Below are positions 26,170 to 37,268 of a stretch of DNA of 64,000 nt, piece after piece; within the stretch, counting starts at the first letter, position 1; every line of letters begins with the position of its first letter. Position numbers and translations under genes: made by a program. Below the pieces are notes generated by a model. It searched no databases. It saw only the letters and a program-made list of their open reading frames with translations, and had not been told where the DNA came from. This DNA is from an uncultured Gammaproteobacteria bacterium (lineage in GTDB: Bacteria > Patescibacteriota > Patescibacteriia > Magasanikbacterales > GWA2-37-8). Where the stretch lies: contig CAZINT010000001.1 of NCBI GenBank assembly GCA_964540825.1, forward strand, positions 284,565-348,564, read 5' to 3'.

Positions 26170-27480
26170 ATGTCATATTTAGTTATAAAGGGGGGTAAAA
26201 AATTGCACGGCGAAATCATGAATCAATCGAATAAAAATTCGGCCATTGCTATTTTATGCGCTGCGCTTATGATTCGCGGCAAAACGACGCTGGTCGATAT
26301 GCCGCACATCGAAGAAGTCACGCGCATGGTAGAGCTTTTAACGAGTATTGGGGTCACGATCGAACGACCGGATGCTCACACGATTGTTGTGGATGCCACG
26401 AACGATTTAACACTTGCAGCGATTGATCGCAAATTGTGCGCCAGAGTTCGGGCGTCACTTCTTTTGTGCGGTGCGCTGGCGGCTCGGGAAAAATCGTATA
26501 AATTATATAAATCCGGCGGTTGCAGGTTGGGAGAACGGACGGTTCGTCCGCATTGGTATGCGCTTAAAAAATTAGGTATTTCAGTAGTCTCGCGCGATCA
26601 GTATTATGAAGTAGAACGTGAACGCCCCCTGGCTGCTGCGCATATTGTCATGTATGAATCGGGGGACGCTGCCACAGAAAACGCTATTATGGCCGCAGTG
26701 CTCGCTCCTGGGGTTACAACAATTACCATGGCTTCGGCCAATTACATGGTGCAAGACTTGTGTTATTTTTTAATCAAGGCCGGTGCAAAAATTTCCGGTG
26801 TCGGTTCCACAACACTCACGATTAAAGGGGTAAGTTCGCTCAAAGCAGTCAAAAATTATCCGATCATGCCTGACCCGATTGTGGCGATGACCTTTTTGTC
26901 AGCAGCTATCACGACGCATTCAAAAGTAACGGTTAAAAATTGCCCTTTGGCATTTCTTGAGCTTGAACTCTGCAAGCTCGATATCATGGGGCAAAAATAT
27001 GTAGTAACTAACAAGCGAAAATCTAAAAATGGTCATTTTGACATTGTTGATATTACCATCGAGCCAAGTACGCTCAAGGCATTGCCTGACAAAATTTATG
27101 GCCGACCGTTCCCTGGACTTAATATTGATAATTTGCCGCTGTTTGTGCCGATTCTAACCCAAGCTAAAGGGCGAACTTTGGTCCACGACTGGGCTTACGA
27201 GAATCGTGCGGTGTATAGTCTTGAACTTCAGAAGCTGGGTGCAAAAATTACCCTTCTTGATCCGCACCGTTTATGGGTAGAAGGTCCCGGTGCACTTACG
27301 CCGAACGAAGTTATCTGCCCGCCAGCGCTTCGGCCTGCAGTGAATGTGCTTATCTGCATGCTTGCGGCTAAAGGTACATCAATTTTACGTAATACAGCTA
27401 TGATTGATAGGGGTTATGAGAATTTATACGCAGTCTTGAATGCTGCAGGCGCAGATATTACCATTATGAAAGAAGCTTAA
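26170..27480 (+). CDS. murA: UDP-N-acetylglucosamine 1-carboxyvinyltransferase MurA
   Basis: MSYLVIKGGKKLHGEI... and the active-site Cys region (KSGGCRLGERTVRPH). Confidence 0.9.
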   Translation: MSYLVIKGGKKLHGEIMNQSNKNSAIAILCAALMIRGKTTLVDMPHIEEVTRMVELLTSIGVTIERPDAHTIVVDATNDLTLAAIDRKLCARVRASLLLCGALAAREKSYKLYKSGGCRLGERTVRPHWYALKKLGISVVSRDQYYEVERERPLAAAHIVMYESGDAATENAIMAAVLAPGVTTITMASANYMVQDLCYFLIKAGAKISGVGSTTLTIKGVSSLKAVKNYPIMPDPIVAMTFLSAAITTHSKVTVKNCPLAFLELELCKLDIMGQKYVVTNKRKSKNGHFDIVDITIEPSTLKALPDKIYGRPFPGLNIDNLPLFVPILTQAKGRTLVHDWAYENRAVYSLELQKLGAKITLLDPHRLWVEGPGALTPNEVICPPALRPAVNVLICMLAAKGTSILRNTAMIDRGYENLYAVLNAAGADITIMKEA

Positions 27481-27505
27481 TTTTGAGATTTTATAACTTT
27501 TATCT

Positions 27506-28759
27506 ATGGACCAGAATATTTCGCCCATTCGCACGAAGGCCGGAAAATACTTTAGTACGTACCTGGCCGTTATCTTTTTCATACTTACGTTTGGACTCGG
27601 TTTTTTGACCGGGCGCAATGTGTATTTTAAAAAATACGTTACCAACGCCGAAGGGCTCGTGACTACAGATGGTGTGGTTATTAACGATCCTAATGCTCCC
27701 GTTGCTGGTGTTGATCTGCAGCAGTTTTGGAGAGTGTGGAATGAGATAAAGGCCAAGTATGTAAAACAGCCTGTTTCGGATAAAGATTTGTTAACCGGTG
27801 CGACACAAGGACTGGTAGCTTCGTTGAACGATCCTTATTCACTTTTCTTACCCCCACAACAAGCTACAGAGTTTACCAATGATTTAGCAGGAGCGCTCGA
27901 AGGCATTGGAGCAGAGATCGGGGTTAAAAATAATCAGCTCATGATTATTTCGCCGATTCCTGGAACGCCTGCCGAAAAAGCAGGTCTCATGCCAGGAGAT
28001 AAAATTTTACTTATCAATAAAGAATCGACTGTCGGTATGGATGCGGGCACGGCTGTTACCAAAATTCGCGGTAAAGCCGGGACGCCGGTTGTACTCAATA
28101 TATTGCGCGACGGAACAACTAAAGCAAAGGACATTACGATCATTCGCCAGAAAATTGTCGTACCGTCAGTAACACTTAAAATGAAACCGGGTAATATTGC
28201 TTATATTCAGGTTTTACAGTTTAACGATACTACGGTAGATAAATTCTACGCTGCCATCGATCAGGTAAAGAAAAATAAAGCAAAAGGTCTGGTGCTCGAT
28301 TTGCGCAATAATCCGGGCGGGTATCTTGATTCGGCTATCGCTATGGCAAGTGAATGGGTGAAGGACGGTGTGATCGTTAGTGAAAAAGGATTCAATGGTG
28401 CAAGTAATAGCCATGCCACGGAAGGTAGTCACCGATTGGCAGGTCTTAAAACCGTGGTCTTGATTAACAAAGGTTCAGCCTCTGCTTCCGAAATTGTGGC
28501 CGGAGCCCTGCAAGATCATAAAGTCGCAACCCTAGTTGGTGAAAAATCATTTGGTAAAGGATCGGTTCAGGATTATGAAAATTTCCCCGATGGCTCGGCG
28601 CTTAAATTAACCGTTGCTGAATGGTTTACGCCAAATGGTAAAAATATTACCAAAGAAGGTATTACGCCCGACGTAGAAGTAAAAGAAGATTTTGCGAATG
28701 ATAAAGTCGGGGTTGATAAACCGCTTGATAAGGCGCTTGAGATTTTGAAGAAAAAATAA
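27506..28759 (+). CDS. ctpA: Carboxyl-terminal processing protease (S41 family, CtpA-like) with a PDZ domain
   Basis: N-terminal TM, PDZ-like region (GDKILLINKESTVGM) and S41 catalytic region (LDLRNNPGGYLDSAI...GSASASEIVAGAL). Confidence 0.85.
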   Translation: MDQNISPIRTKAGKYFSTYLAVIFFILTFGLGFLTGRNVYFKKYVTNAEGLVTTDGVVINDPNAPVAGVDLQQFWRVWNEIKAKYVKQPVSDKDLLTGATQGLVASLNDPYSLFLPPQQATEFTNDLAGALEGIGAEIGVKNNQLMIISPIPGTPAEKAGLMPGDKILLINKESTVGMDAGTAVTKIRGKAGTPVVLNILRDGTTKAKDITIIRQKIVVPSVTLKMKPGNIAYIQVLQFNDTTVDKFYAAIDQVKKNKAKGLVLDLRNNPGGYLDSAIAMASEWVKDGVIVSEKGFNGASNSHATEGSHRLAGLKTVVLINKGSASASEIVAGALQDHKVATLVGEKSFGKGSVQDYENFPDGSALKLTVAEWFTPNGKNITKEGITPDVEVKEDFANDKVGVDKPLDKALEILKKK

Positions 28760-28774
28760 TTAAGTATTAAAAAA

Positions 28775-28797
28775 CCACCGAATCTCGGTGGTTTTTT
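28775..28797. terminator. Bidirectional terminator (CCACCGA-ATCT-CGGTGG with flanking A/T tracts)
   Basis: Hairpin read directly between convergent ctpA and era. Confidence 0.8.
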
Positions 28798-28807
28798 AAT
28801 TGTTGCT

Positions 28808-29704
28808 TTAAACACGTTCTTCCCATCGTTTGTCGTATTCTACTTCCAGTTCGAGAAAGACCTTTTTATTAATCGCTTGTTCAAGTTCTTTGCGAGCTGC
28901 AATACCAATTTCTTTGATCGCCCGTCCACCAGCGCCGACGATCATGCCTTTATATTTTTTGTTGTAAGTGAAGACGTTGGCTTTGATAACCATGATATCC
29001 GGTTTTTCTTCAATGCTGTCAATTTCAACGTGCGTGGAGTAGGGAATTTCTTTTCTTAGGGCCAGAAATATTTTTTCGCGGATAATTTCGGAGATCCAGA
29101 AGTTTTTATCGACGTTCGTAAGCTGGTCGGGTGGGTAGAGTGGTTCACCAACCGGTAGGAGTTCAAACACGCGTTTAACGAGTGGCTGAATGTGGCGGTT
29201 CATGAGGGCGGAGAGTTCGTAAGCACCATCAAATTCGCTTTCGAGCGCTTGGTATTCTTCGAGGTATTTTTTTTCAGTAGCTGGTAAATCTGATTTGTTG
29301 ATTACCATCAGTTTTGGAATCTGCAAATGGCGAACGAGGGCCAAGATCGAGCGTTCTTCAGGACCAATCGTTTTGGTGGGGTCGGCCACGTAGATAACAA
29401 CATCAATATCCTTCACAGCTTCATGAACGGTTTTGGTAAGCTTACTTGATAGAATCGTGTGGCGTTCTTTAAAGACACCCGGTGTATCGACAAACACAAT
29501 CTGTCCTTCGGCACCGTTTAAAACACCGTGAATATTATTACGGGTAGTCTGGGGTTTGTCGGTGACCGCTGAAATTTTAGTGCCCACAAGGGTGTTGATC
29601 AGGGTCGATTTGCCCGCATTGGAGCGGCCAATAATCGAGACGATACCGGATTTCAGGTTGGTAGTGGATTCAGGGGTTTCGGGGGTGGGAGTCTTTTTAG
29701 CCAT
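28808..29704 (-). CDS. era: GTPase Era
   Basis: G1 GRSNAGKST, G3 DTPG, G4 NKSD, and a C-terminal KH domain. Confidence 0.92.
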   Translation of the reverse strand: MAKKTPTPETPESTTNLKSGIVSIIGRSNAGKSTLINTLVGTKISAVTDKPQTTRNNIHGVLNGAEGQIVFVDTPGVFKERHTILSSKLTKTVHEAVKDIDVVIYVADPTKTIGPEERSILALVRHLQIPKLMVINKSDLPATEKKYLEEYQALESEFDGAYELSALMNRHIQPLVKRVFELLPVGEPLYPPDQLTNVDKNFWISEIIREKIFLALRKEIPYSTHVEIDSIEEKPDIMVIKANVFTYNKKYKGMIVGAGGRAIKEIGIAARKELEQAINKKVFLELEVEYDKRWEERV

Positions 29705-29783
29705 AGGTATAATTGCTTGTCTTTTTAACGCAGGTATACTATACTACCTGCAGGAATTAAGCAAGAAATAGCCTGTTTTTGTT

Positions 29784-30245
29784 ATGAAAGTCATTCTTCT
29801 CGAGAACGTCAAGGGACTTGGTAAAATGGACGATATTAAAGATGTTACCGATGGGTACGCCCGGAATTTTTTGTTCCCGGCTCATCTGGCGGTGCAAGCT
29901 TCGAGCCAATGGGTTAGCCAAGTTACCAGCCGCAAGAAAAAAGCCGCCGGTAACGCTGAAAGCGAGCTCCAGCAGACCCAGCACCTGGCTGAAGAACTGG
30001 ACGGTTTTGAACTCCTGGTTAAGGCTAAGGCCAACGAACACGACCTTCTGTATGCTGCACTGACCCCGGCCAAAATTGCCGAGCTCCTCGTTGCCCAAGG
30101 ATTTAAGGTCACCAAAGCAAATATTATTACCGAACCGCTCAAAACAGTTGGCGACCATACAGTTAAAATAAAACTAAAACACGGCCTCGAGGCTGTCATC
30201 AGGATTAGTGTCACCGTCGAAAATACCAAGCAAGGAACTAACTAA
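29784..30245 (+). CDS. rplI: 50S ribosomal protein L9
   Basis: [32 protein letters not shown] start typical of L9. Confidence 0.88.
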   Translation: MKVILLENVKGLGKMDDIKDVTDGYARNFLFPAHLAVQASSQWVSQVTSRKKKAAGNAESELQQTQHLAEELDGFELLVKAKANEHDLLYAALTPAKIAELLVAQGFKVTKANIITEPLKTVGDHTVKIKLKHGLEAVIRISVTVENTKQGTN

Positions 30246-30293
30246 CCGAAGTTGTTCCTTGCTCTTTTTTTATGATTTTTTAATTTTTTTACT

Positions 30294-31922
30294 ATGGCCA
30301 AAACAAAGTACATTTTTGTGGTGGGAGGGGTCTTGAGCGGCGTCGGCAAAGGGGTGGCTGCAGCTTCAATTGGCCGCATTTTAAAAAATCGCGGTCTTAA
30401 TGTTTCGGCTATTAAAATTGATCCTTATATTAATGTTGACGCTGGCACGATGAACCCTACCGAACATGGCGAAGTATTTGTGACCGAGGACGCCGACGAA
30501 ACAGATCAGGATCTTGGCAATTATGAGCGCTTTTTGGATACCACTATCATGTCGGTCAATTATATGACCACGGGCCGTGTCTACCAGAGCGTGATCGAAA
30601 AGGAACGCAGTATGTACTACAAGGGTAAATGCGTCGAAGTTGTACCGCACATTCCGATGGAGGTCGTTGATCGCATTCAAACCGCGGCTAAAAAAAGCAA
30701 AGCCGATGTGATGATTATTGAAATTGGCGGTACGGTCGGGGAATACCAAAATATTTTATTCCTTGAAGCGGCGCGCATGATGAAACTGAAAAACCCGGAT
30801 GACGTTTTGTTTGTTCTGGTCAGCTATTTGCCGGTGCCCGGTCATTTGGGTGAAATGAAAACCAAACCAACTCAGTACGCCGCACGTACGCTTAACTCGA
30901 GTGGTATACAGGCCGACATTATTCTTGCTCGTGGACGTGAAGAACTTGATAAGCCGCGCAAAGAAAAGTTAGCTATTTTCTGCGGCCTTAGAAGCGAAGA
31001 AGAAATTATTTCCGCCCCTGACGTTGCCAGTATTTATGATGTGCCCGATGTTTTGGAGCGTCAAAATTTGAGTACGCTTGTCGGTAAAAAATTACGTTTG
31101 AGATTTAAGCAGGACCGTAGCAGCGAATGGAACTCGTTTGTTAAAAAAATGCATGCCGCTGCTAAGCCGCTTAAAATTGCAGTGGTCGGAAAGTATTTTG
31201 GAACAGGGGACTACACACTTTCAGATTCTTATATTTCAGTTATCGAAGCGGTTAAGCATGCTTCATGGAGTGAAGGCGTGAAGCCAGAAATGACCTGGAT
31301 TGATGCTGAAAAGTACGAAAAGAATCCCGGTGCGATTAATGAGCTTAAGGATTTTGATGCCCTGCTCGTTCCGGGCGGATTTGGCACACGCGGTATTGAG
31401 GGGATTATTGCAGCAATTCGTTATGCTCGTGAGCATGCTTTGCCGTATCTCGGACTGTGTTATGGTATGCAGCTTGCTAGTATTGAGTTTGTACGCAATG
31501 TCTTGGGTAAAAAGCAGGCGCATACTGTCGAGGTGAATGCTGTTACGATCGATCCGGTAATTCATATTAACCCTAACCAGGCCAAGAATGTGCTTGAGGC
31601 GCGCTATGGCGGTACGATGCGTCTCGGGGCCTATACCTGTGCCCTCAAGGCCGGGAGCCGGGCCCGCAAGCTCTATGGAGCCGAGATAATTAGCGAACGC
31701 CATCGCCATCGGTATGAATTCAACAATGCCTACCGTGAAGCAATGCAAACTGCCGGTATGGAATTCGTGGGTATTAATCCCGAATCCGACTTGGTGGAAA
31801 TTATTGAACTTAAAAATCATCCGTATTTTGTGGGTACACAGTTTCATCCAGAATTTAAATCGCGGCCGTTACACCCGCATCCATTGTTTGTTGGTTTGGT
31901 AAAAGCCGCACTTAAGAAATAG
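30294..31922 (+). CDS. pyrG: CTP synthase
   Basis: KYIFVVGGVLSGVGKG and a GATase domain with the GLCYGMQ catalytic Cys. Confidence 0.96.
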   Translation: MAKTKYIFVVGGVLSGVGKGVAAASIGRILKNRGLNVSAIKIDPYINVDAGTMNPTEHGEVFVTEDADETDQDLGNYERFLDTTIMSVNYMTTGRVYQSVIEKERSMYYKGKCVEVVPHIPMEVVDRIQTAAKKSKADVMIIEIGGTVGEYQNILFLEAARMMKLKNPDDVLFVLVSYLPVPGHLGEMKTKPTQYAARTLNSSGIQADIILARGREELDKPRKEKLAIFCGLRSEEEIISAPDVASIYDVPDVLERQNLSTLVGKKLRLRFKQDRSSEWNSFVKKMHAAAKPLKIAVVGKYFGTGDYTLSDSYISVIEAVKHASWSEGVKPEMTWIDAEKYEKNPGAINELKDFDALLVPGGFGTRGIEGIIAAIRYAREHALPYLGLCYGMQLASIEFVRNVLGKKQAHTVEVNAVTIDPVIHINPNQAKNVLEARYGGTMRLGAYTCALKAGSRARKLYGAEIISERHRHRYEFNNAYREAMQTAGMEFVGINPESDLVEIIELKNHPYFVGTQFHPEFKSRPLHPHPLFVGLVKAALKK

Positions 31923-31932
31923 AATGCAGAAT

Positions 31933-31966
31933 AAAAAAGACACTGCCCAAGCAGTGTCTTTTTTAT
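31933..31966. terminator. Bidirectional terminator (GACACTGC-CCAA-GCAGTGTC with A/T tracts)
   Basis: Perfect 8-bp stem between convergent pyrG and the sugar transferase gene. Confidence 0.8.
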
Positions 31967-33339
31967 CGTCCTTTCATGCGCAGGACAATATTAATGGTGC
32001 GTAGCGCAATCGCAATGTCGAGCAGGGGCCCGCGATTTTTTATGTAGTAAAGGTCGTATTCAAGTTTTTTCAAATTTTCTTCGAGCGTACCGTAGTATCC
32101 TTTGTGAATTTGGGCCCAGCCAGTAAGACCGGGTTTAACGAGGTGGCGCAGGTTATAGAATGGCATCGCTTTAGTAAGCTCATGAACAAATTCAGGGCGC
32201 TCGGGGCGGGGGCCGATAAATGACATTTCGCCCTTGAGAATATTGATAACTTGGGGGAGTTCATCAAGTCTGGTTTTACGGAGTAATTTTCCGATCCCGG
32301 TAATACGCGTGTCATTTTCAGCGGCATACTCAGCCCCGGCTATTTCAGCGCTGCCGTTGGCTGAAAGCACTTTCATAGTTCGATATTTATACATGCGAAA
32401 ACTTTTGCCGTTTCGTCCGGTTCGTTCTTGCTTAAAAAAAACCGGACCGTGAGAAGTAACTTTTATAGCAAGAGCAATAAGGGGCAGCGTAACAATGCAT
32501 ATAATGCCAAGCAGGGCGGCAGTAAGGTAATCTGTCAAAATACGAAAACGATCGTACGCTTTTTTCTGCTGTTCGTGTAAATTGGTTAAAAACCAAGATT
32601 CGGAAAACGTAAAAGGTGGTATGCGCTGCATAACCGTTTCGTAGAATTCAGCCAGATTGATGAGTTCGATTTGATTAAATAAATTTTTATAAACAACACT
32701 CAGCAGCGCGTCTTCATTGGATAGGCCTGGAGCGATAACGATGAGCTCGATTTTTTGCTCGGTAATTTTGGCTGAAAATTCTTCATTATTTTTGAGTGTA
32801 TATTTTTCTAAATGAGCCGGAAGCTGGGTGTTAGACACGGTATATATCCCAAGCACTGCATAGCCGCGTTCCGGCTCTTGTTCAAGCAGTGTGCATACAT
32901 CAATCGTTTCCGGAGTGACGCCAAGAAAAATAACATTTGTTTTTTTGATGAATTGCGTAGTAAAGCGATTATGCAGATAACGCCAGCACGTAATAAGACA
33001 AAAACCGGCGATAGTATTAAGGAGAAGTATGGTCTTGGGTGTAATTTTTAATTCGGGGTTGAGGTAAAAATATAATGCTCCAAGCACGAGCCAGGCTACT
33101 CCAGAAAAGAGGATTTTTTTATAAAAAATCCAGGTGTTTTTTATTTTTACGAGATCATAAGCGCCGCTGATAAACAAGATAACCGGCGCGACCGCAAATA
33201 AAAAATTCATCGGCGGTATGAGCGCCTCAAGTTCATTTTTAGGCACTTCTTGATAGCGGATTGCCAGCGCCAGAATCAGGCTAAGGTAGAGAAGCACTAA
33301 ATCGCCGACAATAAGAATAATTTGTTTTACGCGGTACAT
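31963..33339 (-). CDS. Polyprenyl-phosphate hexose-1-phosphate transferase (bacterial sugar transferase, WbaP/WcaJ-like)
   Basis: N-terminal TMs and a C-terminal catalytic domain ([38 protein letters not shown]). Start at the internal ATG at 33339; the ORF track extends to 33420. Confidence 0.8.
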   Translation of the reverse strand: [458 protein letters not shown]

Positions 33340-33405
33340 ACTTTTGTTAGACAGGATTGGGTTCGAACTGCTATACTGACGGTGCGTCAAATAATCGTTT
33401 CTATG

Positions 33406-35472
33406 GCCAAATTCTACCATATTTCAGCTAAAAATGCAATGCTTGGGGTGCTGGCGACATTTTTATTTGTCCCTGCGACAGCTTTTGCTCAAACAAGCAG
33501 CGATCCAAGGTATTTTGAACAGCAGCCGCTCTATGACCAGATACATGCCCCAGCAGCTTGGGAAAAAACAATCGGATCAAGAGCGGTAGTGGTGGCGGTT
33601 ATTGATACCGGTTTTGATACGCTGCACGAAGATTTACAGGCTAACACGTGGACGAATACCGGCGAGATTCCGGACAATGGGATCGATGACGATCGTAATG
33701 GCTATACTGATGATGTGCACGGTTGGAATTTTGTTGAAAATAATAACAACACGCAGACGCCCGTTACGCCAACAGGCGGAACGGGGGATGCTGTAAACCA
33801 TGGAAGTTTGGTGGCCGGTCTTATTGGAGCGGCGGGGAATAATGGCCTTGATGGCACAGGTTTAAATTGGCAGGTGTCATTAATGCCGCTGCGCGCAATT
33901 AGTAATTCCGGCAGCGGCACAACGGGCGCGGTTATTAATGCTATTAATTATGCTATTAATAATGGAGCCCAGGTTATAAACATGAGTTTTGTGGGGGATA
34001 TAAATGATACTGCCCTTAAACAAAGTTTTTATAGGGCCTACCAAAATGGTATTGTTGTTGTCGCTGCGGCAGGTAATGATCGCGGTAGCGGCAAGGGTGA
34101 TTTAGATAAGTATCCAGAGTACCCGGCTTGTTTTGATCATGGCGATACGGCGAATTGGGTTTTGGGTGTCAGCTCGGTAAATGCTTCTAATCAGTTAAGC
34201 CGGTTTGGTGATTTTGGCAGCTGTGTTGATTTGGTTGCGCCGGGTGAAAATATTTTTAGTACGGTGCGTTATGCTCCTGAAGTAGGGTATGTAAGCACTT
34301 TTAGAGGCGGATTTAATGGAACGTCTTTTTCTGCGCCATTAGTAAGCGGCGCTGCGGCACTTATCAAGTCTATTCGTCCCGACTTTACTGCGCCCCAAAT
34401 AATTACTACACTCCTTTCAACGGCTGATCCGGTGGACGCAGATAATCCTGATTTTGTGGGAAAGTTAGGCTACGGATTATTAAATGTCGGTCGAGCTGTG
34501 CAGCTGGCTGAAGCTGTTACGCCGGCCGCTGTCGCTGCACCCAGTGCCGTGGTAGTACCCGAACCAACCCCAATTACACCGATTATAGTACCAAATCCGA
34601 TTGTAGTACCGGAAACTCCAGTACCGGCAAGGAAATTTTTTTATCTGTCTAAAAAACAGCTTTTTAGTCTTGATCTCGCTTCCGGTAAAAAAATTTATTT
34701 AGGCACTGTGCCGAGTACAGTAATTGATTTCACTTCCTCTTTCGATGCTGCGAGCGGACGAACGACGCTTGGGGTACTTGCTAAAAGCGGCTCAAAATTT
34801 ACTGTCACGCTGTACGATGAACGCGGCGTAGCTAGCGAAACGTTTGACGTGGCAAAAAATATTCTTGCCGCCAACAAGAATCTAACATTTCAAAGTTTGC
34901 GGCTGCTCTTAGCTCCAGATGGCCTTCAGCGTGCTGCTTTGCTTGGCTTTGATAGCCGTAAAAAAGAGACGTATGTTATCGTCCAAAATCTTGATGAGAC
35001 CATGAGTGCCCAAACGGTGCGGCTATCCGGCTCGGCGCTTCGCTTTGATGCAAGTATGAACGGTCAAACTATAGTTGTTGCTCAACTCCTCAGTAAAAAA
35101 TTGACGCTTACTCAAATCGACACTGCAACGCTGGCGAAAAGTGTGTGGTCCCTGGGTTCAGTTGCCAGCATAAGCGACCTGCGCGTCGGCCCTATCAGCG
35201 GTGGGCACGATCAGGCGGCAATAAGTATTACCAAAGATGGCAAAAATTTCCGCAGTATCGTTGATATCCCAAGCAAAAGTTACTGGAGTGATACGCTCGG
35301 AGCCCTTAAAAAGGGCGAGATGTGGAAAATTTTGCTTACCGACAGCGATTCGAATGGTGTTCTTGAAGCCTTGTACTGGAAAAGTACCGGTGGTACGTTT
35401 GCGGCAACGGATAATCGCGGAAATACCCTTAAGAGTATCGCGTTGCCGTCTTTAGGGGCAATTATCTACTAG
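33406..35472 (+). CDS. Secreted subtilisin-like serine protease (S8 family) with a C-terminal domain of about 300 aa of unknown function
   Basis: Signal peptide and catalytic triad regions (VAVIDTGFD, HGSLVAGLIGA, GTSFSAPLVSGAAAL). ORF track start 33322; internal ATG 33406 chosen. Confidence 0.85.
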   Translation, partial: AKFYHISAKNAMLGVLATFLFVPATAFAQTSSDPRYFEQQPLYDQIHAPAAWEKTIGSRAVVVAVIDTGFDTLHEDLQANTWTNTGEIPDNGIDDDRNGYTDDVHGWNFVENNNNTQTPVTPTGGTGDAVNHGSLVAGLIGAAGNNGLDGTGLNWQVSLMPLRAISNSGSGTTGAVINAINYAINNGAQVINMSFVGDINDTALKQSFYRAYQNGIVVVAAAGNDRGSGKGDLDKYPEYPACFDHGDTANWVLGVSSVNASNQLSRFGDFGSCVDLVAPGENIFSTVRYAPEVGYVSTFRGGFNGTSFSAPLVSGAAALIKSIRPDFTAPQIITTLLSTADPVDADNPDFVGKLGYGLLNVGRAVQLAEAVTPAAVAAPSAVVVPEPTPITPIIVPNPIVVPETPVPARKFFYLSKKQLFSLDLASGKKIYLGTVPSTVIDFTSSFDAASGRTTLGVLAKSGSKFTVTLYDERGVASETFDVAKNILAANKNLTFQSLRLLLAPDGLQRAALLGFDSRKKETYVIVQNLDETMSAQTVRLSGSALRFDASMNGQTIVVAQLLSKKLTLTQIDTATLAKSVWSLGSVASISDLRVGPISGGHDQAAISITKDGKNFRSIVDIPSKSYWSDTLGALKKGEMWKILLTDSDSNGVLEALYWKSTGGTFAATDNRGNTLKSIALPSLGAIIY

Positions 35473-35562
35473 ATCTGTCAAAGCCAGGTTCGTTGCCAGG
35501 ACAATCTGAATTTGCTATACTTTTAGGAGACTAAGATCGCTTAGAGTATTATATGTATCTGT

Positions 35563-36597
35563 ATGGACAGCCCAATCTTTGAGAAAAAAAATGTTTTGGT
35601 AACAGGTGGAGCCGGCTTTATCGGTTCGCATTTATGTGAAAAGCTGCTTCGTGAAGCAAATGTTATTTGTGTAGATGACTTTTCTAATTCGAGCCCCGAA
35701 AATATTAATCACTTACTCCAGTATCCTGATTTTGAATTTATCAATATTGATGTTACGCAGCCGATTGATTTAACCCAGTTCGCTGAACTTGATAAGTTTA
35801 AAATTAAATTTCAAGGTGTTCAGGAAATTTATCATCTGGCCTGTCCAACCAGTCCGGCCGATTTTGAAAAGCTGAAAATGAAATCGCTGCTGGCTAATTC
35901 TTCGTCGATGATTAATACGCTCGATTTAGCGGTTAAGTATCGAGCTAAATATGTTTTTACTTCAAGCTCAGTAGTCTACGGTTCAGCCAATGCCACTAAA
36001 TTTACTTTTAAAGAAACTGATCAAGGCATGGTCGACCATTTGTCGCCGCGCGGCTGTTATGATGAAGGCAAACGATTTGCAGAAACCTGTGTTGCTACCT
36101 ATAGTCAGGTTCATGGGCTTGATGCCAAAATTGCGCGCGTTTTTACAACGTACGGTCCGTACATGAAGTTATTCGAAGGTCAGCCGGTGATCGATTTAAT
36201 CATTAATGCACTGGAAGGCAAAGATGTTGTGGTGCCGGGCGGCGAGAATGATGTGACGACACTGTGTTATGTTTCTGATATGGTTGACGGGCTTATCGGG
36301 CTCATGACTACGGATAGCAAAGTAAAAGTGGTAAATTTGGGCGGGGACACTATAATCAAGACCATGGATATCGCTAAAAAAATTGTGGCGCTTACTGAAT
36401 CAAGTTCGCAAATTATTGCTGGCGAGGAATTGCCTTTTGTGACTCATCCTGGCGTGCCCGATTTGTACTATAGTAAAAATATTTTGGGCTGGTTCCCGCT
36501 CATTACGCTTGAACAAGGACTCGCTAAAACCATTGAATACGCCATTGCCAATAAGCAGGCACTTTTGTATACTCATTTTGACAAGTTAGGCAGATAA
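35563..36597 (+). CDS. NAD-dependent epimerase/dehydratase family protein (UDP-sugar decarboxylase/epimerase-like)
   Basis: Rossmann motif VLVTGGAGFIGSHL and the short-chain dehydrogenase YxxxK region. Confidence 0.8.
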   Translation: MDSPIFEKKNVLVTGGAGFIGSHLCEKLLREANVICVDDFSNSSPENINHLLQYPDFEFINIDVTQPIDLTQFAELDKFKIKFQGVQEIYHLACPTSPADFEKLKMKSLLANSSSMINTLDLAVKYRAKYVFTSSSVVYGSANATKFTFKETDQGMVDHLSPRGCYDEGKRFAETCVATYSQVHGLDAKIARVFTTYGPYMKLFEGQPVIDLIINALEGKDVVVPGGENDVTTLCYVSDMVDGLIGLMTTDSKVKVVNLGGDTIIKTMDIAKKIVALTESSSQIIAGEELPFVTHPGVPDLYYSKNILGWFPLITLEQGLAKTIEYAIANKQALLYTHFDKLGR

Positions 36598-36599
36598 GT

Positions 36600-37265
36600 A
36601 TGGTTCTCGTAGTTATTCCGGCATTCAATGAATCCAAGCACATCGGCCGCGTTATTAGCGGCCTTTTTGAACATGATTTTAGAGAGGTGGTTGTCGTTGA
36701 TGACGGCTCAACTGATGCAACTGCCAAGGAAGCTCTGGCTGCCGGGGCAACGGTACTTCGCCACCGGATCAACCGGGGGCAAGGCGCCGCACTCGAAACA
36801 GGGGACGACTATGCGCGACGTCATGGCGCTACGTACGTTGTCCATTTTGATGCCGACAGTCAGTTTAACGCGGCAGATATAGCCGGGGCAGTAGCACTGC
36901 TTAAAAACGAATCGCTTGATGTGGTTTTGGGTTCACGTTTTATGGACAAACGCTCCAAGCTGCCGTGGACTAAAGCGCATATTTTATTTCCTATAACTCG
37001 AATTTTGAATCGACTGTTTACCGGACTTCTGCTGACTGATGGACAAAATGGTTTTAGAGTTTTGTCGGCAAAGGCGATTGATCAGCTTGTAATTACTCAT
37101 GACGGGATGGCACATAATACTGAAATTTTACAGCAGATTAAACGGCTCGGCTTGCGGTTTAAAGAATATCCTGTTGAAGTTACCTATCACCGCTACGGGC
37201 AGGGACTTGGCGGGGGTGTTAAAATTATTGTTGATTTTTTATTCCGGTCATTTGATCGCACCTAA
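36600..37265 (+). CDS. Glycosyltransferase family 2 (Dpm1/GtrB-like)
   Basis: VVIPAFNESKHI...VVVVDDGSTDAT and a DxD-like FDADSQ motif. Confidence 0.8.
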   Translation: MVLVVIPAFNESKHIGRVISGLFEHDFREVVVVDDGSTDATAKEALAAGATVLRHRINRGQGAALETGDDYARRHGATYVVHFDADSQFNAADIAGAVALLKNESLDVVLGSRFMDKRSKLPWTKAHILFPITRILNRLFTGLLLTDGQNGFRVLSAKAIDQLVITHDGMAHNTEILQQIKRLGLRFKEYPVEVTYHRYGQGLGGGVKIIVDFLFRSFDRT

Positions 37266-37268
37266 AGT